Source of the DNA: a virus
Lineage: Duplodnaviria; Caudoviricetes
Direction: 5' to 3' (one strand)
Length of the DNA: 30,826 bases
IMG/VR virus record: IMGVR_UViG_3300025723_000127
Coordinates: 1-30,826 of that record
Shown one piece after another: positions 17,153 to 26,487 of the stretch. Position numbers and translations under genes: made by a program. The notes under the pieces were generated by a model. The model saw only the letters and a list, made by a program, of their open reading frames with translations, did no database searches and was not told the origin of the DNA. Each line of letters begins with the position of its first letter. Within the stretch, counting starts at the first letter, position 1.

Positions 17153-18073
17153 ATGGCAATTGAAAAATTATGGGTTGAGAAGTATCGACCAGTTAGCGTC
17201 ACTGATTATGTTTGGCGAGATGAAGATCAACGTAATCAAGTTATGCAGTGGGTCTCAAATAAAAGTATTCCACATCTGTTGCTAAGTGGTAGTCCTGGTG
17301 TGGGTAAAACTACATTAGCTAAAGTTTTGTTAGCCGAGCTTGAAGTTGATAGCTATGATATACTTGAGATTAATGCCAGTCGCGAAAATAGTGTCGATAC
17401 TATCAGGGACAAGATCACTGGATTTGTTCAAACAATGCCATTTGGTGACTTTAAAGTAGTACTGCTCGATGAAGCTGATTATCTTACTCACAATGCACAA
17501 GCCGTATTACGTGGGTTAACCGAAACGTATGCGGATACAGCTAGATTTATTCTAACCTGTAATTATCCAAACAAGATCATGTCTGCACTACATAGTCGAT
17601 GCCAAGGGTTTCATATTGAAAAGCTAGATCGTGTAGAATTTACAGCCAGAGTTGCTACTATTCTAGTAGAAGAAAACGTAATTTTCGATCTTGACGTATT
17701 AGATAGCTATGTAACAGCAACATATCCAGATCTTCGCAAATGCATTAATAGTTTGCAAATGGCATGTGTTAATAGCATACTGGAAAAACCTACAATTGAT
17801 AATAAATCTGGGATTGATTATAAGATCCAAGTTGTTGAATTATTCAAAGAAGGCAGAGTTCGTGATGCCAGGAAGCTAATGTGTAGCAGTATACGACCGG
17901 ATGAAATTGAGGAAATATTTCGATGGATGTATGACAATCTAGACTTTTGGGGCAGCACACCTGAAGAGCAAGACAAAGCAATTATTATCATTCGTAATGG
18001 GTTGATTAATCATAGTATGGTTGGCGATGTTGAAATCAACCTTGCAGCAACTCTAATAGAATTAACGTCATAA
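17153..18073 (+). CDS. Sliding clamp loader AAA+ subunit (T4 gp44/RFC small subunit-like)
   Basis: WVEKYRP, Walker A GSPGVGKT, LEINAS, Walker B LLDEAD, FILTCNYPNKI, SRC arginine finger. Confidence 0.92.
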   Translation: MAIEKLWVEKYRPVSVTDYVWRDEDQRNQVMQWVSNKSIPHLLLSGSPGVGKTTLAKVLLAELEVDSYDILEINASRENSVDTIRDKITGFVQTMPFGDFKVVLLDEADYLTHNAQAVLRGLTETYADTARFILTCNYPNKIMSALHSRCQGFHIEKLDRVEFTARVATILVEENVIFDLDVLDSYVTATYPDLRKCINSLQMACVNSILEKPTIDNKSGIDYKIQVVELFKEGRVRDARKLMCSSIRPDEIEEIFRWMYDNLDFWGSTPEEQDKAIIIIRNGLINHSMVGDVEINLAATLIELTS

Positions 18074-18081
18074 GGTATAAT

Positions 18082-18357
18082 ATGTCTAATAGAATGTTTC
18101 TAATTGCCAAGCACATACAATCTCCTCGTAATCCTAAAAATCTTGAGGAGGGATATAAGACTGATGAAATCTTTGCTGTTACTAAGAATGTAAAAAATAG
18201 AGAATACGCCGAAGCAAGCATTATTATTGATGTTGCTGAACAGAAGATTATTAAAAATAGATTTACCGAGCGCACATTTGACGAATTATTTGCTTATTTT
18301 ATGACACATTATAAAGATCAAATCAACAAGTGGTTAAATGCCCAAACGCAAAAATAG
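18082..18357 (+). CDS. Hypothetical protein
   Basis: 91-aa ORF with an AAGGT SD. Confidence 0.75.
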   Translation: MSNRMFLIAKHIQSPRNPKNLEEGYKTDEIFAVTKNVKNREYAEASIIIDVAEQKIIKNRFTERTFDELFAYFMTHYKDQINKWLNAQTQK

Positions 18358-18694
18358 AATAACACTTGGTGAGTTTTTAGATTCTAGTTATCCAAAAACT
18401 ACTAAGAAAAAATTTACGCAAAAAGAAAAACAAAAACTAAAACCTATTGCCGAAACACTAGCAATGATAGACGGTAATGCTTTCTTTGGTATGAGCATTG
18501 ATGAAGATGGTGAAGATAATTGGTATGAATGCTATTTAAATGAAGCATGGCGTATATATCGTGCCAATGGCGGAGATAAGGGCTGGGCAAGTGCAGCCAG
18601 CTGGATTAAAGAACAGAAACATGAGAATGAAACTGTTCGAGATGCGTGGCAACAATGGCAGTTGCTAAAAATACTAGCTAAATCTAGACAGTAG
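18338..18694 (+). CDS. Hypothetical protein (Trp-rich)
   Basis: 118-aa ORF overlapping the previous gene. Confidence 0.7.
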   Translation: MPKRKNRITLGEFLDSSYPKTTKKKFTQKEKQKLKPIAETLAMIDGNAFFGMSIDEDGEDNWYECYLNEAWRIYRANGGDKGWASAASWIKEQKHENETVRDAWQQWQLLKILAKSRQ

Positions 18695-18703
18695 GGCCCT
18701 ACT
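18690..18703. terminator. Perfect 14-bp palindrome between convergent genes, possible weak bidirectional terminator or protein site
   Basis: AGTAGGGCCCTACT; no clear U-tract. Confidence 0.3.
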
Positions 18704-18713
18704 AATTTAGAAA

Positions 18714-19439
18714 TTACTCTCCATAGATGTTTAGAATTTCTTCAACAGCAGGATGTCGTTCGATATCTTTGTTGCCAAATTTTACCGAACTAACATATTT
18801 ACTGCCTTCAAATCCTGCCAATAACCTATTAAAATCTAATAGGCCGTTTTCACCTTCTTTTCTATCAGTTTGACGAATATCACCTGTTACTAATATACGG
18901 CTTTCTTCACCAATACGAGTAAGCAGCATTTTCATTTGATTAGGAGTTGCATTCTGCATTTCATCTGCGATAACATAGCAGTTTTTGAATGTACGACCAC
19001 GCATGAAAGCCAATGGGCAAATCTCAATTGTTCCGTTTTCCAACATTGATTGAGTATCACGAGTAGTGTAGTATTCGTGCAACACGTCGAAAAGTGGTTT
19101 TGTCCAAGGTTCCATTTTTTGTTGTAATGTTCCTGGAAGGAAACCATGCTTCTCATCTTCTACTCCCACTGCTGGACGAGTAAGTATTATCTTTGTTATC
19201 TGGCGTTCTTTTAGTGCTTTAATAGCTGCCATCATGGCCAGCAAGGTTTTGCCTGTTCCGGCGGGTCCAGTTGCGATAATAATACTTTTTCTAGAATCTA
19301 GTAATAGGCTTAGATAATGTTCTTGATTTAAGTTTCGGGGGATAATTTCAACCCGATTCTTTTTTGCAGGTTCTTTTAGGTAGTTTTCAATTTGTGTGAC
19401 GTTATTAATGAACTTTTCCTTGTGTCTGCGTTTTTGCAT
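18714..19439 (-). CDS. phoH: PhoH-family ATPase
   Basis: GPAGTGKT, ILTRPAV, GFLPG, LAFMRGRTF, IADEMQNAT, LLTRIGE, GDIRQTD, DIERHP; AGGAG SD; TTAAATA on the minus strand at 19482-19488. Confidence 0.95.
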   Translation of the reverse strand: MQKRRHKEKFINNVTQIENYLKEPAKKNRVEIIPRNLNQEHYLSLLLDSRKSIIIATGPAGTGKTLLAMMAAIKALKERQITKIILTRPAVGVEDEKHGFLPGTLQQKMEPWTKPLFDVLHEYYTTRDTQSMLENGTIEICPLAFMRGRTFKNCYVIADEMQNATPNQMKMLLTRIGEESRILVTGDIRQTDRKEGENGLLDFNRLLAGFEGSKYVSSVKFGNKDIERHPAVEEILNIYGE

Positions 19440-19588
19440 GAACTTTGGTTCTCCTAGAGCATTGTTGATCTTGCTCGAAAATATTTAAGTACTCATGTTA
19501 AAGAGTTAACGATACACTCATTTTTTGAATCAAATGGCATAATTATATTACCTTAAAGTTATCCTGCTGTGTGGATAAATATTATACC

Positions 19589-20179
19589 ATGGACATTATT
19601 GACAACGTAAAAAACATTAAAAAGATTTACATGAGCGATTCCAGTCTAAACATGTTGTTAGACTTTGAACGTGTATTGGACAACATCGACATTTATACTT
19701 TTCCAAATTGGGAATATGGTGAACTTGTTGAAGGCCCAACTATCAATAAGTATTGGGTCAAGTGCAAGTTTATGTGGCCTGAAAAACTAATGCCAGATCC
19801 GGATGGTGCAAAAAGACTTATTCCATATGGTGCAAAAGTCACTTATCAAAAAGATACAGTTAGAATTCCAGTTAAGATTAATAACCCCAGCGACTATAGA
19901 GATGGCAGTAAGAAAGGTAAGCTAGTAGATACCAAAGTTTGGTATGTTGATATTATGCTTCCAAAGAATCTAATGGCCGAAATTAAGCAAGGATCGGTTG
20001 AAATTGCAGGCGAAGATGTTGATCTAAGCGATCTACAGAGTGCTTACGAAAAAGAATTAAGTCAAAAAGCAAGTATGACAGCCATGTCAGGAATAGCACC
20101 AGGTCAGCCACAAGGTCCTGAGATGCAACAAGGTCCCGAAATGGCACCTCCAGGAGCTACTAATGTCCCAGCAGCTTAA
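19589..20179 (+). CDS. Phage hypothetical protein with a Pro/Gln-rich tail
   Basis: ATAAATA at 19575-19581 lies inside the longer ORF call, favouring ATG 19589; LLDFERVLD...NW..GELVEGP motif. Confidence 0.75.
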   Translation: MDIIDNVKNIKKIYMSDSSLNMLLDFERVLDNIDIYTFPNWEYGELVEGPTINKYWVKCKFMWPEKLMPDPDGAKRLIPYGAKVTYQKDTVRIPVKINNPSDYRDGSKKGKLVDTKVWYVDIMLPKNLMAEIKQGSVEIAGEDVDLSDLQSAYEKELSQKASMTAMSGIAPGQPQGPEMQQGPEMAPPGATNVPAA

Positions 20180-20684
20180 TGAAGGCCTACGTAAGAAAGA
20201 TTTAGAATATCTAGTAGGCAATAAGATTCACTTCGACGAATATGACAGTAAGATGGGCGATCCTGAAGATGTCATTACTGTAAGCTTTAAAGTAAAACAA
20301 CGTATGCCAGCAGAAGATCTCACTAGTTTTATTGAGAATGGCTATGATTGGGTACTAGATGCTGATGTCAGCAGCGGTGAAATTGACGATGGTGAATTTC
20401 TTGTATTTGTTGAAATGGAACGTCGTCACAGTATCTTAGGCGACCTTAAAGATCTATTGAACGATCTATCTCATCTAACTGACATTAAGCTAAAAGATTG
20501 GAAGTTTAAATGGTATAAGCAGAAAGAATATTATCCTCTTGATGAGAATAGTCTGGCAGATATTGTGCCAGATAGTCCTGGTAAATATAAGAAATATACT
20601 GAACAATTTGCGGGTGTACAAGAAGACCAAAAAGATTTAGCTGACGAATTGTCAACTATTAAAAAATTAAGCGGAATAGGATAA
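20163..20684 (+). CDS. Acidic phage hypothetical protein
   Basis: 173-aa ORF with an AGGAG SD; LNE near the N-terminus. Confidence 0.75.
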   Translation: MSQQLNEGLRKKDLEYLVGNKIHFDEYDSKMGDPEDVITVSFKVKQRMPAEDLTSFIENGYDWVLDADVSSGEIDDGEFLVFVEMERRHSILGDLKDLLNDLSHLTDIKLKDWKFKWYKQKEYYPLDENSLADIVPDSPGKYKKYTEQFAGVQEDQKDLADELSTIKKLSGIG

Positions 20685-20688
20685 TCAA

Positions 20689-21087
20689 ATGTTTGGAAGC
20701 AGCATGTGGAAAATTGTAGCGTTGGTGCTTGCGATAAGTGCCGCTGTTGGATATTTTAAATATACACAAGATAAACTTGCTGAACTTAATCAGCAGATTG
20801 CAACTAAAGATTTTGCTCTTAAGGCAGATGAAGAAACTATCGTCAAACAGCAAGAAGCAATGAAGAAGCAACAGGAAGTATTAGAGAAGACTACTAAAGC
20901 TTATAATGATGCCAGAGCAGATGTTGACGAACTTGAAGATAAGTTTCGTAAAGATGGCAGAGATTTAGATAAGTTTGCTAATGCAAAGCCAAAAGAAGTT
21001 CAATCCAGAGCTAATGCAGCTACCAAAAAGGTATTCCGTTGCATAGAAGAACAAATCAATAAAGGCAAACAAGATGAGAGTTGTTAA
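20689..21087 (+). CDS. Putative inner-membrane spanin (Rz-like)
   Basis: Single N-terminal TM (IVALVLAISAAVGYF), long coiled coil, C-terminal Cys residues; overlaps a lipoprotein gene. Confidence 0.7.
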   Translation: MFGSSMWKIVALVLAISAAVGYFKYTQDKLAELNQQIATKDFALKADEETIVKQQEAMKKQQEVLEKTTKAYNDARADVDELEDKFRKDGRDLDKFANAKPKEVQSRANAATKKVFRCIEEQINKGKQDESC

Positions 21088-21475
21088 CGTATTAATTGCT
21101 AGTATTATAGCACTATCCCTTGCAGCTTGTGCTGGAACTCCCGCACCAACTACTGCAATTGTCACTGTAGAAAAGCCTACTATGATGGTTCCAAATGTAG
21201 ATCAAATTAGGCTTACTGATGTTGAATGGCATGTTGTCACTAAAGATGCAAAGCCTAATACTGATGGACATATAGATACAGTTTGGAAGAAAACTACCGG
21301 TAACAGCTTATTTGCTGTTACCTCAAGGGGTTACGAAGACATCAGTGTTAATATGGCAAACATGACTAAAATTGTTAAGCAATTACAAGCACAAGTACAA
21401 GCTTACAAAGATTATTATCAACCTGACAATACAAAAAAGAATGATTCAAAGGTTTCTAAAGATGGCAAGAGGTAG
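21074..21475 (+). CDS. Putative outer-membrane lipoprotein spanin (Rz1-like)
   Basis: Signal peptide with lipobox LAAC, Pro-rich linker, C-terminal coiled coil. Confidence 0.7.
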   Translation: MRVVNVLIASIIALSLAACAGTPAPTTAIVTVEKPTMMVPNVDQIRLTDVEWHVVTKDAKPNTDGHIDTVWKKTTGNSLFAVTSRGYEDISVNMANMTKIVKQLQAQVQAYKDYYQPDNTKKNDSKVSKDGKR

Positions 21476-22082
21476 TCCCCCACCATTACCCGAAGATCCT
21501 GCAGATCTTCCAATCAAACCAAAGCACGACGAAGTTTTAGCAATGAATGTTGCTGATCCAATACCGCCTGTAGTTGCTCCGGTAGCTACACCAGTGCCGC
21601 CCGCCCCGCAGCCTGGTTACACACAACAGCCGTCACCTGCATATACTCCAGCTCCGCAAGTTACTATTATTGATAATAATATGGGTGGAATGAACAATGG
21701 CATGGGTCAGATGGGATATATGCAGAACCAAGCAACTGCTCAAGCACAGGCACAAGCAAGTGTTGGACTAGCTCAAACTAACATAGATCAAGAAGTATTT
21801 GAAGAGCAATCTAAGAAAGAAGACGAACATTGGGTCAAAGCTTTTTGGCGTCCGGCAATGGGTTGGCTTTATATGTTAATCTGTTTCATGGATTTCGTTG
21901 GTTTTCCAATGCTTACAATTTTTCTTCCTATTATTTTTAAACCATTTGGATTAACAATGCCATATCAAGCATGGACCAGCTTAACACTTAGCAATGGCGG
22001 TTTAATTCACTTGGCATTTGGTGCTATCTTGGGTGTTAGCGCATTTACAAGAGGCCAAGAAAAAATAGCTGGTAAATCCTAA
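21462..22082 (+). CDS. Putative holin (3TM-holin-like) with a long Pro-rich N-terminal extension
   Basis: WRPAMGWLYMLICFMDFVGFPML...W..LTL..GGLIHLAFGAILGVSAFTRGQEK; ATG 21462 preferred over TTG 21372. Confidence 0.7.
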   Translation: MARGSPPPLPEDPADLPIKPKHDEVLAMNVADPIPPVVAPVATPVPPAPQPGYTQQPSPAYTPAPQVTIIDNNMGGMNNGMGQMGYMQNQATAQAQAQASVGLAQTNIDQEVFEEQSKKEDEHWVKAFWRPAMGWLYMLICFMDFVGFPMLTIFLPIIFKPFGLTMPYQAWTSLTLSNGGLIHLAFGAILGVSAFTRGQEKIAGKS

Positions 22083-22097
22083 AGATAATTACAATAC

Positions 22098-22958
22098 ATG
22101 ACACATTATACAACATTAGGAGTAGCAGATGCTGCTACTCCGGAGGAAGTTAAATCGGCTTATAGAAAGCTTGCCAAACAACATCATCCTGATTTAGGTG
22201 GAGATGTAGCAAAGTTTCAACAGATTAGCGAAGCTTACGAGACATTAGCAGATGCTGATAAACGTGCTCACTATGATCATACATTAAGAAATCCACAACC
22301 ACAATTTCATGGACATCCTGGAGGATTTCATTTTACTCATAATTTTGACGGAAATCCCGAAGTATTTAATCACATCAATGAACAATTTAGTCAAATGTTT
22401 GGGTTTAATTTTAGACATGCACAGACACCCAAGAATAGAAATATTCGAGTACAACTTGAAGTAGATTTCTTAGAAACACTGGATAATTTTCAAAAAACAA
22501 TTGAATATAATTTAACAAATGGAAAAGAAACTATAACATTAGATCTACCATCTGGAATCAATGATGGCACGTTATTACAAGTTGCCGGCAGAGGCGATAA
22601 CGGTAACAGTGCTGTGCCAAGAGGTGCTTTAGAAATTTTAGTTAAGGTTAAACCACATATAAAATTCGCCAAAGCAGACGACCATATATTGTCTGACATT
22701 ACTATAGATTGCTTTCAAAGTATTCTAGGACATAATATTGACATTGATACTCCGCGTGGAAGACGGATAAATTTAAAAATTCCAGCTGGTACACAAAGTG
22801 GAACACAATTTGGAATTACAGATGAAGGATTTGCACGTACTAATCGTTCAATTGGAAAGTTTATTATTAAAATAAATGTCATGATACCTACTGTATTAAC
22901 TAAAGAACAACTTGAACTTGTAGAGCAAATACAAAATATTAAACCTATAAATACTTGA
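22098..22958 (+). CDS. DnaJ/CbpA-like co-chaperone (J domain plus C-terminal domain, no zinc finger)
   Basis: HYTTLGV...VKSAYRKLAKQHHPD...F..ISEAYETL.D; G/F-rich linker; IPAGTQSG. Confidence 0.92.
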   Translation: MTHYTTLGVADAATPEEVKSAYRKLAKQHHPDLGGDVAKFQQISEAYETLADADKRAHYDHTLRNPQPQFHGHPGGFHFTHNFDGNPEVFNHINEQFSQMFGFNFRHAQTPKNRNIRVQLEVDFLETLDNFQKTIEYNLTNGKETITLDLPSGINDGTLLQVAGRGDNGNSAVPRGALEILVKVKPHIKFAKADDHILSDITIDCFQSILGHNIDIDTPRGRRINLKIPAGTQSGTQFGITDEGFARTNRSIGKFIIKINVMIPTVLTKEQLELVEQIQNIKPINT

Positions 22959-22982
22959 CAAAAGTTTTTATAATGTTATATT
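22946..22982 (+). promoter_or_regulatory. Tandem late (TATAAATA) and sigma70-like promoters upstream of clpA
   Basis: TATAAATA 22946-22953; TTGACA 22955-22960, 16 nt, TATATT 22977-22982 with an extended -10 TG. Confidence 0.6.
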
Positions 22983-22989
22983 AGTATGG

Positions 22990-25260
22990 ATGACACAGAT
23001 TTATAGCTCCAACGGCGATATCGACAAAATTGTTAAAGCAGCTCGTGAGTATGCTAAACAACTTAATCATGAATATTTTCAAGTTGAACATCTATTGCAT
23101 AGTTTAATGCATGAAAGAAATTTTAATGCACTACTAGAAAATTTAGGTATTCAAGTTGAACCACTCATTGAAGAAATTGAAGCTTATTTAGAAGCAGTTC
23201 CGTTTCTTGCCAATGAGGATCTGCAGGATGATCCAAAGAAAACAGCAAGTTTAGAACGTGTTTTTAATCGTGCATTCACACAAGTAATCTTCAGTGGCAG
23301 ACAGCAAATCAGTCTAATAGATCTATATCTAAGTATTACAAATGAATCACATAGCCATGCTGCTTACTTTTTAAACAAATATGGTGTAGATAAAGAAACC
23401 GTCGTAAAAGCTTGGACTAAAAATCGTAAAGCAGGTAAAAATAATAAGAATTATGCTGAAAAGATTTTAGAACAATACTGTACTAATATGATGACACTTG
23501 CCGGAGAAGGCAAAGTAGATCCAGTTATTGGACGTAGCAATGAAATTGCCGAAATGGAACAAATCTTAGCTAGAAAAAGCAAGTGTAATGTTCTACTTGT
23601 TGGCGATGCAGGTGTAGGCAAAACTGCTATTGTTGATGGATTGGTACTTGATATTATTGAAGAGCGTATTCCAGAATTCCTAAATGGGTGGGTCGTTTAT
23701 AGCTTAAACATTGGATCATTACTTGCTGGCACAAAGTACCGTGGAGAATTTGAAGAACGTCTTCAAGAAATTCTTGCTGCCGCTCATGAAATGAAGAAGG
23801 TAATTTTGTTCATTGACGAAGCTCATCAAATGCGTGGCGCAGGTGGTGGCAATAATAGTGCTGTTGACTTGTCTAATATGATTAAGCCAGCACTTGCTCG
23901 CGGTGATATTAAAGTAATTGCTGCTACAACATGGGAAGAATATACTCAACACTTTGAAAAAGATCGTGCGCTTATGCGTCGATTTAATCGACTAACAGTT
24001 GATGAACCTACTCCTGCTGTTGCCAAACAAATTCTCGAAGGCATTCGTGACGCTTACGAAAGCTTTCATAATGTTGAAATTACTGATGAAGCTATTAATG
24101 CTGCTGTTGATCTATCAGTTAGATTTCAAAATGATAAGAAATTGCCTGACAAGGCCATTGATTTAATCGATAGTGCTTGTGCATTAAAGCGTAGTACAGA
24201 TGCAGAAGACCGAACAATCAATGAACTTAATATCCAGCGTGAGATTAGTCGAATTACTGGTGTACCAATTGCTGCTATGCAGGAACAGGAAAATAGTTTT
24301 GATATTACAACAGTTGAAAGTGATATTAAGACTCGTGTTTATGGTCAAGATAGTGCTGTTGAACAAATACTAGATAGAGTCTGGGTCAATCGTGCAGGAC
24401 TCAAAAGTAGCAATAGACCAGTTGGTAGTTTCCTATTACTTGGTCCAACTGGTACAGGAAAGACAGAACTTGCAAAATCACTTGCAGAACGTCTAAGTAT
24501 GAAGTTTTTACGATTTGATATGAGTGAATACGGAGAACGTCATAGTGTTAGCCGTTTGATCGGCGCACCTCCCGGATATGTTGGCTATGAAGATGCTAAT
24601 TTAGCAGGCGGCATGCTTATTAGCGAAGTAGCTAAAAATCCACATTCTATTATACTATTTGATGAAGTGGAAAAAGCACACCCTGAAGTTACACAGATTC
24701 TTCTACAAATTATGGATGATGGATTCGTTACAGGTAGTAATAGCAAGCGGGCAGACTGCCGTCAGGCTATTATTTTATTGACCAGTAACTTGGGTGCTGC
24801 TGATAGCGAGCGCAACAACATTGGTTTTGGTAATTTAACTCGAACAGGCGAAGACGACAAAGCCGTTAAAGAATTTTTCCGTCCTGAATTTAGAAACCGG
24901 CTGGATGCTGTTATTAAGTTTAACAAGCTCAATAAAGAAACTATTCGTAAGGTTGCTGAAAAGTTTATTGATGAAATGCATAGTCAGTTGGAAGCTAAAT
25001 CATTAGAACTTGAACTTGATGATACAGCATGGGATTATCTAGTAACCAATGGATATGACTCTACCATGGGCGCAAGACCCATGTCAAGACTTATACATGA
25101 GAAGATTAAGGTTCCTCTTGCTAGAAAAATATTGTTTGACAAAATTGCAGGTCATGCTAAAATAAAAGTTAGCGCCGTTGGTGAAGAATTGGAGTTGGTC
25201 GTTGATAAGTCAGCAAGAAATACTGAATCGATTGAAACCGCGGAAGAAATTTGCGGTTGA
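22990..25260 (+). CDS. clpA: ATP-dependent Clp protease ATP-binding subunit, ClpA-like
   Basis: Clp N-domain (HEY..VEHLL), two AAA+ modules (GDAGVGKT/FIDEAH; GPTGTGKT/LFDEVEKAH), RLIGAPPGYVG, IGF ClpP-docking loop, no ClpB middle domain. Confidence 0.92.
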   Translation: MTQIYSSNGDIDKIVKAAREYAKQLNHEYFQVEHLLHSLMHERNFNALLENLGIQVEPLIEEIEAYLEAVPFLANEDLQDDPKKTASLERVFNRAFTQVIFSGRQQISLIDLYLSITNESHSHAAYFLNKYGVDKETVVKAWTKNRKAGKNNKNYAEKILEQYCTNMMTLAGEGKVDPVIGRSNEIAEMEQILARKSKCNVLLVGDAGVGKTAIVDGLVLDIIEERIPEFLNGWVVYSLNIGSLLAGTKYRGEFEERLQEILAAAHEMKKVILFIDEAHQMRGAGGGNNSAVDLSNMIKPALARGDIKVIAATTWEEYTQHFEKDRALMRRFNRLTVDEPTPAVAKQILEGIRDAYESFHNVEITDEAINAAVDLSVRFQNDKKLPDKAIDLIDSACALKRSTDAEDRTINELNIQREISRITGVPIAAMQEQENSFDITTVESDIKTRVYGQDSAVEQILDRVWVNRAGLKSSNRPVGSFLLLGPTGTGKTELAKSLAERLSMKFLRFDMSEYGERHSVSRLIGAPPGYVGYEDANLAGGMLISEVAKNPHSIILFDEVEKAHPEVTQILLQIMDDGFVTGSNSKRADCRQAIILLTSNLGAADSERNNIGFGNLTRTGEDDKAVKEFFRPEFRNRLDAVIKFNKLNKETIRKVAEKFIDEMHSQLEAKSLELELDDTAWDYLVTNGYDSTMGARPMSRLIHEKIKVPLARKILFDKIAGHAKIKVSAVGEELELVVDKSARNTESIETAEEICG

Positions 25261-25885
25261 ACACGACGGAACTTGGTACGCTAATAAGTTCAAATATAAA
25301 CTAGAATTTGATTTTGGCATATATGACGGATCCGGTCAACGAACTACTTGGCGTTTGAATACTTTATATCAGGATATGCTCATTGAATTTGACAAAAACT
25401 TGTGGGAGTATAGAAAGAGGCGTGAAATACATCAATCTATCTTTACTTCCGATAAGGAATTAATTGAATATGTATTAGATAGTAATCAACTTCTGCATCA
25501 TCTACATACACTTCATTATACTAGCGATCGATATAATTCTAATAAATCTCAACTAGAGCAGAATGGAATTATCACTGATATTAAATTTCGTCGAGAAGTT
25601 GGCGATTATCCATTCCAAGTTTATTTTGGAAATTGGGATTATAGAGATAGATTAGCTCAAGAAAATACTTGTGAATGGATTGCAGACGCTTATAAGGAAA
25701 AAATCGTTTCAGCTTCTGCTTGGAATGAAGATTTAATAAAAAGATATATTAAACACAAAATACCATATATGCATAATGAATTCAATTGTTATATGAAAAG
25801 TGAAGATGATATCATGATGCTTTACTTTATTGCACCAGGACATATTAAAAAAGTTTTTCGGATCTTAAAAAAGGAAACAAAATGA
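25178..25885 (+). CDS. Hypothetical protein (start uncertain, possibly TTG 25232)
   Basis: Long ORF overlapping the clpA end and ATGA-coupled to the next gene. Confidence 0.65.
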   Translation: MVKNWSWSLISQQEILNRLKPRKKFAVEHDGTWYANKFKYKLEFDFGIYDGSGQRTTWRLNTLYQDMLIEFDKNLWEYRKRREIHQSIFTSDKELIEYVLDSNQLLHHLHTLHYTSDRYNSNKSQLEQNGIITDIKFRREVGDYPFQVYFGNWDYRDRLAQENTCEWIADAYKEKIVSASAWNEDLIKRYIKHKIPYMHNEFNCYMKSEDDIMMLYFIAPGHIKKVFRILKKETK

Positions 25886-26223
25886 AGGTAACACTAGCAC
25901 AAGCTTTGATCGAACGTGGAATTCTAGCCAACAATAGCAGGATTATTGCTAAATGTCCAGTCACAGCAATGGGAGACATGCCTACAGAAATGGATATTGT
26001 GTTGACCGTAGACAAGTTTGTTTTAGAAGATGGGACAATTAAATTTCATAGTGTACATAAATCAGGACGTAGGTATAGTGTGCGCTGTGAAGAAATTAAA
26101 GTAATTGATGGTATGGCACCAGAAAGATTAGCTGCTGCTTATGATATTCGCCCAGATGGACTTAAGCGGGCACCAGGCAAAAAGCGTGGAAGAAAGTCTA
26201 AAGAGGATCTTGCTAACGCATAA
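25882..26223 (+). CDS. Hypothetical protein with a basic AT-hook-like tail
   Basis: IDGMAPERLA..YDI motif; C-terminal GKKRGRKSK; AAGGA SD. Confidence 0.75.
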   Translation: MKVTLAQALIERGILANNSRIIAKCPVTAMGDMPTEMDIVLTVDKFVLEDGTIKFHSVHKSGRRYSVRCEEIKVIDGMAPERLAAAYDIRPDGLKRAPGKKRGRKSKEDLANA

Positions 26224-26242
26224 ATACTAGTAGGAGCTTAAT

Positions 26243-26407
26243 ATGGCTAAACTCAATCAAGAGACTATTGAAATCAATATTAGCGAACTGCTAAAAGATA
26301 AAGACGAAGCTGAGATGATTTTAGATAATGATCTAATATCTCAGCTAATTGAAGTTATCGAACAGCTGGTTGGTGAAAAACGACTTGTGGAAGTAACACG
26401 TAAATGA
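26243..26407 (+). CDS. Small acidic protein, 54 aa (not in the ORF track)
   Basis: ATAAATA 26220-26226 and AGGAG SD, then MAKLNQETIEINISELLKDKDEAEMILDNDLISQLIEVIEQLVGEKRLVEVTRK*. Confidence 0.8.
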   Translation: MAKLNQETIEINISELLKDKDEAEMILDNDLISQLIEVIEQLVGEKRLVEVTRK

Positions 26408-26487
26408 AGAAGCCAAGAAAGACACCTAAACTAAGCACAGCAACTAAAATTAAAAGAACTGCCAAGAAAATTATAAAGAGAAAGTAA
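26404..26487 (+). CDS. 27-aa highly basic micro-protein (not in the ORF track)
   Basis: MKKPRKTPKLSTATKIKRTAKKIIKRK*; ATGA overlap upstream and TAATG overlap downstream. Confidence 0.6.
   Translation: MKKPRKTPKLSTATKIKRTAKKIIKRK

Noticed and set aside
1634-25260. Bacterial chromosome origin suggested by infA, iscA, groES, dnaJ, clpA and phoH
   Set aside because: These genes are interleaved with tail fibres, a gp44-like loader, spanins and T4-type late promoters, and they lack their usual bacterial operon partners.
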